NCBI GenBank assembly: GCA_002256025.1
Contig: NKIB01009591.1
Location: 62,001-98,973, forward strand
DNA from: Asterionella formosa
Lineage: Eukaryota
Length of the DNA: 36,973 bases
Direction of reading: 5' to 3'
The notes beneath the pieces are model-generated. The model was not told where the DNA came from. It did no database searches and was given only the letters and a program-made list of their open reading frames with translations. Position 1 is the stretch's first letter, and every line of letters starts with the position of its first letter. The translations under genes and the position numbers were made by a program. Of the stretch, positions 19,621 to 29,754 are shown piece by piece.

Positions 19621-21002
19621 GCTCAACAACTACGGTAGTTGTATATCCGATGGACCTGACGGTAAAGAGTAAGTACCGATATGTGATATGTATATAAAAT
19701 AGAATGATAAATGTGGTGGGAATTTTTGTTGTTGTGTGCTCTTTGGACGTGGGATCAAGAAAACAAGGATGAAAGAAATAGTTTGTACTGATGGAGAGGT
19801 GTTGTGCATTATTTGTGTGGAGAAATTGCCCGCACCAGACATACCGGTATGTACACCAAAATAGACCTCCGTAGTCCCCTACCAGCAGGAAGTACAATGT
19901 GCATCGTATGAGCCGATATATTAATGTATGTATATATTTATCTATGTACATGTATATACAACCAAACAGACACTCACGCACATAGTCGTGTACACAGCAC
20001 GTATAAAGCAAGTAAGGATCTAGGAATGCACGCAACGTAGACATGTATGATGGCTAGTACGAACAAGCAAAAATATAGTAAACAATGATGTCACGACGAA
20101 AGCATGATATGGCGCCTGAAACGGAGAAATCCAATTGTTACTTCCACATACTTGTCACATACCAATGTGTGCGTGACCTATAAATTTATTACAGTGACTC
20201 CTTGGATATACATACTGCTGGTAGCAGTAGCTAGGCTGTCACCCCATGAATCCATTCATTCAAGTTCTGGCACATACCGGTACATATGTATTGGTCGTCA
20301 GGTCATTCATGTCTGTCTGCAGACATCTTCACAATACTATTGTGCAACCATTGAATGACTATACCAAAGGCATGCTTCAATATTCCTCTGCTACTCCCCT
20401 TCATTCAATTTGCTAACAAAAATTATGGTCAAAAGTGATGATTGTTCCCAGGTATCAAGAAATAACACTGATCTGCTGCACCGTTAATCTTCATCAGTCT
20501 TATAGCTCTGAACAAATCTGCTGAATTTGCTCTGAATATGCTCATCAATTCTTGTGGTAGCTGACAAGTGTGCATAGTTCCCACTTCCATCCAATACCTT
20601 CCTCTGGCATTAGGCATGAACATGGCACTGTATGGGGTCAAACACTGCATGATTATGTTGCAATTTCATGAGTATACAGCGGCGGCCTTCTCCAGGATGT
20701 TAGGCTTCAAAATATCTGTTGTGTTTTGTTGGGTGTAATATGTCTCCTCTGTTTACTTTAATTCTACAGTAAGAGGAAAAATCTCCCCTATCTGATGTCT
20801 TCACCAACAGATACCTCTGCAAATAAAAACCATCATATTCCTATGATGCATCATAGGTCATATGATGCATCATTATGATCATCTGATCATAACTTTTCAT
20901 TACATCATCTAATAATTTTGGTAAATGCCCTTGTAATTTAAAAAGTAAGACTTTTGACTATGGAAATTTAATTTTTATCTGTATTGTTTCTTTTAGGTTC
21001 CT

Positions 21003-22720
21003 TTAATTAAATTTTTTCGTAGGATAATGTACCAGTTAGAGTAATGTGGTTTGGCTCATCATCCTCGCCAGTCCTCACTCTGATTCTTGCAACAACCACG
21101 ACAAAGTAGCCATGTCGAGAGGAACGAGAGTTTGTGATAAAATCTTCATTTGTCGTTCAAGTCATCATATGTCTTCGATGAATCATCACCTACAGTGCAC
21201 AGTATGTTCGTATGCAATCCGTTAAGAGCTTGAAAAGAAATCCAATGAAAACAAAATGGCTCATCACACAACACGAATATTTCCGGCCGGTCTGTCACTG
21301 GATCATCGATCAATGTTACAACCTCAATCATAGCTAAACAACATCCATTATAGAACAGTAGAACAGCACAGCCAATCTACTTCTATGTTACATCGTCTCT
21401 TTAACAAGAACGTAATACATCTAGAATTGCAACGCAGCATAGCAGGCGATATGCACAAAGAAGCATAAGACTGTCTGTTTATAGTAACAGAGTGATTCTG
21501 GTTCCGTAATTTTCATGTTTCATCAGATTTCCTTTGTCATCGTACTATTTCCTTACCTTTGACGACAGGAGCGTATTTTTTTGATGTATCTGGAATGGTT
21601 CAATGGATGGCAGCAGTTGGATTTAGACACAAACCTCGACAAAAGCACTAGTACTTTGTAGATGTTCATAAAGAGCCAGACACGTTTTTCTATCGATCAC
21701 CAGCCAGTCTATACTGCAAAAATGCAAGAAGCAAGCACAAGTTGAATGCCCATTTATGGATTCAAATTTCAGTATTGCAACAATGTAAACCATTAGAAAC
21801 CGGAAGTCACATTTCATCTAATTACGGTTTTCATTAGCTATACTAGTATTGATTGAGAGGAAGCAATGGTAGAATGACAAACGGGCGGGGAAAACAACGC
21901 AGAGGAGCCTACTAAATTTTCTCCCCAATGATCCCAGACCCTCTTGGATGTCACTTGCTACAGAGAATGGAGAACAGCCGCCATGATCTGTTGATTGTTG
22001 TTGTATGGTGCCACTGACCAAAACTTCCAGAAATCTCAATGAGTTGCTTGTTTCTTGACTTGAATGCCAAAGGGATCAAAACCAGTGGAAAAATCGAAAT
22101 TCTCTGCAAACATCAGGACAATTGTGAAAGAGAAATGAAGGTTGTTGGGAGCAGGTACCTACCGGAAAAGGAAGCAATGCTTTCGGCATCATCAATATAT
22201 ACACAAGCCTGCGTCACCTGACGTCAATATAGCTACCTCGACCTCATCAGTGAAGAAGTTGATGGGTGGAGCATGAGAGGAAAATCGGGGTTGAGGGTTT
22301 CTTGACGCCAATGTGCTTGGTTGTTTTTTCAGACGAAGGCATTGAGTAACCTGGGCCTGTGAAGCCAAAGGATAAAGAAAAATCTATGACAAGGGTGAGT
22401 TGTGAGATAGTGTTTAGGAGCAAAAGTTATCATACTAGCTGAACGCATTCGAAAATTCGTATAGACAATATATGGTGGCATACCATGGCTGCTCTTGGCT
22501 GACAGTTGCCAAGTCAAGTAAAAACACAACGAGGGTGCACAAAAGACAGTCCAATTTTAATCAACTGGCTGATACGTCGTTGTGAGACTCACCATTCTGC
22601 AATGGGGCGGACTTTGATCTTTGCTTCGTTCGAAGCACAATCAATTCGAATGCTGTCCAGTGAAACAGCCAATGAAAACAATTGTAGCGAAAAAGCGCAG
22701 AACAGATCAAGAGATTTCAT
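21003..22720 (-). pseudogene. Decayed intron-containing gene with signal-peptide-like start
   Basis: ATG 22720 gives MKSLDLFCAFSLQLFSLAVSLDS. Canonical donors GTGAGT (22592), GTATGC (22483), GTAGGT (22162) and GTAAGG (21556) have polypyrimidine-CAG acceptors. The spliced frame has multiple stops and a frameshift. Family not recognised. Confidence 0.45.
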
Positions 22721-23651
22721 AGGAATTTAAAAAAACAGGGCACACTATATGATGCACTGCTCCTTGTGTAGACTATATTTGATCATTTCCATATTTCATA
22801 TCATACAGGTGCATGGATGACTCCTGCCGCCCTTTCATTAGATATGCAGCCATGTTGCAATAATTCTACAAGACCTATAGGATTGGTAGTCTGGTGTTCA
22901 TCATTTTCGCATTTAATATACCAGTAGGAGTCATGTATGCATGCATGCTGCGATAATTCATACAAGAAATAAAAATTTGGTAGCTTGGGGTTATCACTTC
23001 CATACTGTATATGGGGGGTTGCATGCATGAGCAACTACTACTCCGGTATAAACTATGATCTTTAATCAATAAATTTTGATTCGTTCATCCTATACCTTTG
23101 ATCATAACATATTGATCATATAATGAATGGTGTCATTGATGAGAAATTGAAAGAGCTAAATTTATTTTCAGGAATCAGGATAAATTGATCTTAAAAATAT
23201 GATCAAATGATCCTAAACACATGAGCATATTCAGTTTTCCGCTGCACTTTTGTGATACTCCCATGATAGAAGTAATACCCAGCCAGTATACAGTACTGCT
23301 GGCAGGCCATATGAATTTTTCGAATGTATATGGTCACTCTATATTCATAAATGTATGATTTAGATAGACCATTTCAAAAATTGGTGATGACTCCCGTTTA
23401 TTAAGGGGCTTAATTAAATCAGCCACTGACCTGTAGGTACAAGAATTGACACAAAACAAATTGAAAAAAATCAACAGGTTGTGGAAAATTATGAACTCAT
23501 CATGCATTGTATATATTTGAATCATTTATAATCAAAATTGATATTAGTATACACAGGATGTCCCATATAATGACCGTGTTTAAAACTATGCAAATGTTCA
23601 ACTGTATATATACATTTAAACTTACAAATCTTTCTATATATATATTTTTTC

Positions 23652-24689
23652 ATGGCTGAAACATTTGAAATCATGTTTTCATGTTCCTTGTCATGCATAC
23701 ACTTTGCTCCTGAAATGAAGGATCATCACAAATGATGTTGCGGAAAACCAAAGTGCTAATACAACACAATGATTCTTGCGACCGGCTTAGAAAGAGTGAC
23801 TACAGAGAAGGCGGGCGGAATCAATTGATGGTAAGTCAAGAGCAAATGCTTTTCATGTTCCTTGTCATGCATACACTTCCTGAAATGAAGGAGCTCAAGC
23901 AACACATGATGCGAAAATCTGAAGTGACAATACAACATGGTGATACACCATGCGGCTGAGAAGGGGTGAATATGATGGAGAAGGGCGGAATCAACAAGCT
24001 GTGCATAGTATCACGGCATGTCAAGAGCAAATGCCAGAATGATCAATTGTTGGTATTACAAATACGGAATAACTCGTCCCCTTTCAGTGATTCAATAGTT
24101 CCTTTTCGATTTGGTGGCCAAACAATGCGGACAAAAGAAATCTGTAAGTGCTATCATCTTTGGATCAATCCACAACTGTTAGAAAAACTGACACATGTAT
24201 GTTGCTTCTTTCAGGATAATTGTAGACAAACAGTTTTTGTAACAAGTTACAAACAACTGCAGCATTGGAGCCCATTTATTGATCGATACTTTCTAATTCA
24301 ATCTTCAACTGACACATTCCTTTACACAAATATGCATCAGCCAGTTACTTCCTCAATTTGTGGTAAGTGAAGATAGAAGCGAAATGCATGTTAATGTGTA
24401 GGCAAAACATGAACAGCTAACATTGAATTTCTTCTCTTTGTTAGTATGGCTGATTGGAACAACGAAACGGATTAAATAGTAATAAGAAAATGCGTGAATG
24501 CAAACTCAGATCCGTCAGGAGTAAATGGAACAAAGCAGGGGAACAACGGCAAGGCAACCAGTACTACTACAACAACCTTCAGAATTGGATTGGGGGGAAG
24601 GTGGAAGTGAAAGCTGAAGCAGCACCACCAATCATTGCGATGAGAGAATTGTAGAACATTCTGTAGCCACTCAAGATATAGAAACATAG
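23652..24689 (+). pseudogene. Decayed intron-containing gene with internal ~175-bp tandem repeat
   Basis: Intron-like segments 24144-24214 (GTAAGT..CTGAC..TTTCAG) and 24363-24444 (GTAAGT..GCTAAC..TTAG). All three spliced frames contain stops. Confidence 0.45.
23672..24035. repeat. Diverged tandem repeat, two units of ~175-190 bp
   Basis: ttttcatgttccttgtcatgcatacactt..cctgaaatgaagga, aatacaaca, gggcggaatcaa and gtcaagagcaaatgc each occur twice in the same order. Confidence 0.85.
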
Positions 24690-26207
24690 AACCATTCTTA
24701 GCTAAATATAGTTCTAAATTTCGATCCATTTCATCCTATTTTAGACAGTGATATCGATGAGAATTACAATCATGCTAAGATAGATGCATGACAAAAGTAT
24801 ACACATCATAGGACCACCATGTTTAACTAATTATATGGTGCAATGGTATTTTAACTATTATAGTATCATCATACTTCAAGCTCGGTAAAAGTTTACTGTA
24901 TGATCATAATTATATGATACATTAATCATATTTTTGATCCAAAAACTATCATATATGTAAAAATCCTGTGCCACTTCTTAGCGTACAATACCCTTGATCC
25001 TATATGCATGATAGTTTTTATTTGCAGGTGTATGTTCAAGTGGCAAAGTTAAATAGTGCCAATATCCCCCCTTTTCTTGCAAGAGTGAAATGTTGGCGCA
25101 GATGAAGCTAATGGACACCTTGACAGTTGGAAAAGTGTGTAACAAAAGAATTAGTAGGAAAAAAATTCTTGTTAGCCTCTAATGGGCGTTGTGTGAATCT
25201 GTTTATATTCAGTACAGAATAGTGTGTGATGGTAGAGGGCAATAACCATTCAGAGCATGTATCTGATGTGAGTGGGTAGTGAGGGCTTGCAGCCATGACC
25301 CACAGGTGGCGACATGCAACAATGCTGGAGTGCTGCTATGGGCAGCAAAGGTCGCCTTCAACAGCAAAGAACTTACAGCGCGCAACGTTTTAATATGTTG
25401 ACGACTTGTAATCAGCAGCATGCGCTTCTGTAGGATGGCGAAATCTTTCGCAGAAGTGTGATGGATCCAAGGCAGAAGAGCAGTAAGGTGAGAGGATTAT
25501 GTTCAATATTTTTATAACTGCGGTGGTTAGTTTTTGGAAATTAAATATTAGTTTGGATTATTTAATGATTATATTAAAATTATTCCTAGTAATGGCTGCT
25601 GCTGTGCCAGTCAGGTTATGCAAAACAAATATATTCCCATTAGTGGTAATCACATACTAATCCTTTAAGAATTATCTAAACAAAGTGTTTCTTGCATTGA
25701 AAATTCTGCAAAGATGAGATGGCAATAATGAAAACATCATGTTTATGATTGTCAGAGAAAAATTCAAAGCACCATAATTGACGACTGGAAGCAAGCAATG
25801 TTACAAAATGCATCAGTGATGGGAAAAACTCAACCTCTGCACAGTTATTCCTATAATAAATAGTTAACTCCTGTCATAAATAGTAATAAAAGGTTCACTA
25901 TTGGAATTGAAAGCAAGGGAAATGGCAGAACCTTATAATTATGGAACACACGGTCAAGTCAGCAAGCTACCAACCACTATGATCATTGTACTTTGTGTGA
26001 AAAATGTAGTTTATAACATTGATGGATAAAAGTGCCACCAACCAAACTGTTGCTATTGTAGGCTGGTGTGAATACCAAATTTCCTAGTCGACAGGCAATC
26101 TATTTGCAAGTCGCATGTTATGTAACTTTTCATTACCTCAAGTTGGTAGTCTATCATGTAATGAGTATATTTCGTTGATATTCTTCACGAGTCCACTGAT
26201 AAAAGTT

Positions 26208-26881
26208 CTAACGCCCAGATCCATTTGGCCCTGTTCGTCTTCCTGGCTTGCGTCCCAGTTGGAATTGCTCCTGAAAGGAAAGTCCATCATCGAGTTGCGA
26301 TGCCGTATCCTCACCAGGTTTGGTCATTTCTTCCACTAGTTCTTCCGCTTCAACAATTTGTTTTAAGACTTCTCTCTTGCTTGATTCGCAAAGCATCCCA
26401 CCAATAAACATTTCAAATAGAATCAATAGGGATTTGTGTAGCGAAAATACCAAATCCAATTCGCAGACTGTAGAAAATAAAACTTGTTAGCGCGCTTACA
26501 ATAGATGTGAAGCATATCAATATAATAATTCGATTGAGTTCTTGTATTCGTACCAGAATTGAAATATCCATCCAAGGCCTCGACAAATAGGTGGATTTGC
26601 TCCAGTACAATCAATTCATTCATCTCCATGGGCACGCCAGCAACAAAATATAGAGAGGCGTAACGCCGGTACACAAACTTGTACGTTCCCTTCTCAATAA
26701 TGTTGCACATCTTTGGCTGTCGAGGCAAGACGTCAGCAGCAATGTCCCGAAGGATGCGACGCTTTTCCGCCTCGCTGTACGAGCTAAAGAACTCTGATAA
26801 ACGGATCTTTCCCTGGCGAGACATGAGGACCATGAAATGCCAGCCATAGGCTGTGCCCTTTCTCGATTCTGTCGGTGCCAT
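26208..26881 (-). CDS. Clathrin adaptor complex small (sigma) subunit, AP-1 sigma-like; complement(join(26208..26467,26554..26881))
   Basis: FMVLMSRQGKIRL, MCNIIE, VYRRYASLYF, NELIVLEQIHLFVEALDGYFNS|VCELDLVF joined by an 86-nt GTACGA...GCTAAC...CTACAG intron (26553-26468). ATG at 26881. Confidence 0.92.
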
Positions 26882-27034
26882 GGCCAACGAAAAAAATGAC
26901 GATGGAAGCAGTAGTCGCCCTTAAGTTAGAATCGATGGGTTTGGTCTGGCTGGTGCTGCTGTTTGAAACAGTCTTTTGGTGTGTTGTTGTTGCGTTTCTC
27001 GCGTTGTTGTTTCTCGCTGTAGGTAAGCAATCTA

Positions 27035-27492
27035 CTACCAGGTACCGTATGTAGGGTGGTAACTACGGGTGGAAAGTCCGCTAATCGAGATATTTAGCTG
27101 ATCCTTTTCTTAAGTAAAATACAAATTTCCCGGACCTTCCCTACCGGTAGTTAGTACCTTGTACCCTGGTACCTGGTACCTGGTACCAGGTACTCAAGAG
27201 TCCGGAGTATATACCGGTACTCCGGTATGTAATGTTTTGGACGTACATTTTGTATGTAATGTTACTACCGGTACTGGTATGTATGCAAATCATGCAATGC
27301 ATGAGAGGAACAGCTCCGTACTCCAGTGCCTGGTACCAGGTACCTGGTACCCTGGTACCGGGTACCGTTACCTAGCACCAGTAGTATGACACTCATCACA
27401 CCGGGTACCTGGCACCCTGGTACCTGGTACTGGTACCTGGCACAGGGTATTTCGACTGCATCTTGTCGCTAGGACCAGCGGTATACCGGTAC
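27035..27492. repeat. Densest GGTACCW/TACCGGTA cluster, divergent promoter
   Basis: ggtacctggtacctggtaccaggtac (27168), perfect palindrome ggtaccaggtacctggtacc (27332-27351), ggtacctggtactggtacctgg (27419). Confidence 0.92.
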
Positions 27493-27605
27493 TGCTCTTT
27501 GCCACCATGACATACCATCACCAGGAACTTATAAAAATATTAAACAGTACCGGTATTATAGTTCTGCTTGTCCTCATTTTGGCTCGTCATTCTATCATTG
27601 TTTCA

Positions 27606-27635
27606 ACACACACACACACACACCACCACCACCAC
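27606..27635 (+). repeat. (AC)n-(CAC)n compound microsatellite in 5' leader
   Basis: acacacacacacacacaccaccaccaccac, ending 12 nt before ATG 27648. Confidence 0.9.
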
Positions 27636-27647
27636 TTAAGACAAGTC

Positions 27648-28175
27648 ATGGGTCAAATCTGCGCCGGAAAAGCGGCGGAACCAGCTAAGCAGGGTGCCTT
27701 TACGGACAATACAAACTACAGCGACAGCTCAACCAACGACAATACCAACATGATGCAAGTAGTGGATGCGACTACAACAACAAACATCAAGGAGGCCTTG
27801 ATGATAAAGGATCCGCGAGACGCGAATTCCGAGCGAGAACAAGCGCTGCGAGAAGAGCAAGCAAGATTAGAACGAATTGTTTCCGCGGCAGGACGAGATA
27901 TGGTGGCTGTCAGATCGACCAGGGGTGGAAGCTACTACAACGATCAAGGGTTTGCAGCGGCCTTGGCGCAGCACTTGGAGCAAACAATGACGTCTGTCAC
28001 TGTCGATAAGTGTCTTCCACACTCACAAGGTCAAGCGATATATGCGATATTGTCACGACCGTTCGAAACATACCCCAATATGGACACTGAAGCAGAGTCC
28101 TTCTTGTCCTCTACTGTGCCATTGAAAGAGCAGCTTTTTGCAGGGTGCAAGCCTATTTTTGAGAATCTTCTGTAG
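27648..28175 (+). CDS. N-acylated protein, LAMTOR1/Ego1 (Ragulator anchor)-like
   Basis: MGQICAGK start (Gly2 myristoylation, Cys5 palmitoylation). EEQARLERIVSAAGRDMVAV resembles LAMTOR1 EQALLSSILAKTASNIIDV. 175 aa. The gene is solid; the identity is tentative. Confidence 0.6.
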   Translation: MGQICAGKAAEPAKQGAFTDNTNYSDSSTNDNTNMMQVVDATTTTNIKEALMIKDPRDANSEREQALREEQARLERIVSAAGRDMVAVRSTRGGSYYNDQGFAAALAQHLEQTMTSVTVDKCLPHSQGQAIYAILSRPFETYPNMDTEAESFLSSTVPLKEQLFAGCKPIFENLL

Positions 28176-28212
28176 TCTAGCGAAAATTAGCTTGGATTTA
28201 TAGTGTTAAGGT

Positions 28213-29070
28213 TCAGATTCGCATTTGATCTCTTGAATCAATTTCCACGCCTCCCCAGCATTCCAGTGTCACCCTGTGATCATTCTTCTTTTTCACATTT
28301 CGTATTTGAATCAAACTAGGTCTTCCCATGGCTGTGCCTTGATAAATTTTGTATTGTTGCCGCTTCAGGATTGGGTGCAAGCAAACTGCCAAGGCACCGG
28401 CAGCAATTCCAGTCGCTGGATCTTCGGGGTATCCCGACGCTCGAGGAAATTGACGACATTCAAATCCATCAGATGATTCAGCATACAAATATAGGCCCGT
28501 TGAATCAATGATATCGCACGCAATTCGAAAGGCTTCGGGGTCCCAAGGAGGGGAAACATTGTGCAGGGCATCCACTGAGACTAGTCGCACCAGAGTCTTG
28601 GAACGAGCCACTGAAGCATTGATAATTGGCAACGAGGACATGACATGTTCACTCTTGACACTACATAGCTGCAGTAAGCTATGTGCATCCACTAATTTTT
28701 CGTGATACACCGAATCCATGAATAGACCAATGTTAATGCTACCGCTGCTTTGCCTATCCACCATTGCCGACTGAGGACAAAGGTCATTGGTATGAAATTT
28801 GATGGTGTGACTGTCTCCACTTAATTCAGAAAGCACACAAGCAGCTCCCATCGCTGCATGAGCACAAAAGCTCACTTCATCTCCTGATGGCATAAAGAAC
28901 GTCAAGGCATCACCAGGAGAAATTACAACGGACTCCCACTCACAACTCTGCGCAAGTTTGGATTTAATTGAAGGAGAAATCGGTATTGATGTCTGGAAAA
29001 TGGTCACTGGATTACCTCCTCCCACTGCCGATGCAAAGACTCGGGCTGTAATTCGTTGAAGGACGCTCAT
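28213..29070 (-). CDS. PhzF/PBLD family isomerase-like protein
   Basis: ATG 29070. VFAS..GGGNP, EVSFCAHAAMG, RQFP..G..EDPATGIAAGAL, YQGTAMGRPSLI. Confidence 0.88.
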   Translation of the reverse strand: MSVLQRITARVFASAVGGGNPVTIFQTSIPISPSIKSKLAQSCEWESVVISPGDALTFFMPSGDEVSFCAHAAMGAACVLSELSGDSHTIKFHTNDLCPQSAMVDRQSSGSINIGLFMDSVYHEKLVDAHSLLQLCSVKSEHVMSSLPIINASVARSKTLVRLVSVDALHNVSPPWDPEAFRIACDIIDSTGLYLYAESSDGFECRQFPRASGYPEDPATGIAAGALAVCLHPILKRQQYKIYQGTAMGRPSLIQIRNVKKKNDHRVTLECWGGVEIDSRDQMRI

Positions 29071-29299
29071 GTCTAGGGCGATATCTAAGGAATGCTGTGA
29101 TGGGCAATTGTCATTGTCTATCAAGATAGATCAGCGCAAGGAATAATCGTTGATTCAGCATTAGATCCTGTCAAGTTGTATGATGAAGTATCAGTGAGCG
29201 CGAGTCCATCCACTATAGAGTTGAACTCTACCAGTACTCTCATCACATCGGACATCATGCTGCGGCAGGCAGCAGCGCGGAAAAAAGAAGTCTATATGC

Positions 29300-29445
29300 A
29301 TACTGTACATACCGGTATACCGGTAAATATCTTTTCATTGTGTCTGTTAGGCTGTTGATGTCGACAGGTGTCCGAAGGCTAAATATAATAGTCTGAGGAA
29401 TACTACCGGTACTTACCTGGTACCAGGTACCAGGTACAACCGTTA
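29300..29445. repeat. GGTACCW/TACCGGTA cluster in divergent promoter
   Basis: taccggtataccggta (29310) and taccggtacttacctggtaccaggtaccaggtac (29404). Confidence 0.88.
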
Positions 29446-29754
29446 CATGGCTACTCGCATCGTCTGAGGAATGAAAAAGATGCACAGCAGTGGTACTCAA
29501 AGTAGATACAATATTTATATTGCATACGTACTTATCACATGTTACTAAATAAACCGGTATGACGATGTGTTCAAAAATACCGGAGATCTGTTCTGTAAAT
29601 GTACCGGTATGTGTTTTTTGTGGTACCGGTACTGATCATGTCCCTGTGATGGCTTTCAAGCAGGTATTCGGCTGATGTAGGGCTGCCACAAAGTGTCACT
29701 TTTGTTTTGGACGACATCTGTGATGAATAATAGAGCACTATCAGCCGACATAAC

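Noticed and set aside
21003..24689. In-frame TGA/TAG as selenocysteine or recoding
   Set aside because: All three stop types and frameshifts occur, and neighbouring genes use the standard code. Decay is the simpler explanation. Stops being one C>T step from CGA/CAG/CAA is true of any stop and is not evidence by itself.
27150..27492. GGTACC clusters as a CRISPR array or cloning-linker artefact
   Set aside because: There is no constant repeat with unique spacers and no cas genes. Units are degenerate, interleaved with natural sequence and positionally tied to gene starts, unlike ligated KpnI linkers.
27507..27647. N-terminal extension with THTHTHHHHH (His-tag-like)
   Set aside because: It derives from the (AC)n(CAC)n microsatellite. 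The MGQIC acylation motif only works if translation starts at 27648.
18584..28175. LST8 plus LAMTOR1-like gene as a TOR-pathway gene cluster
   Set aside because: They are separated by about 8 kb including an unrelated relic block. Two genes are insufficient without synteny evidence.
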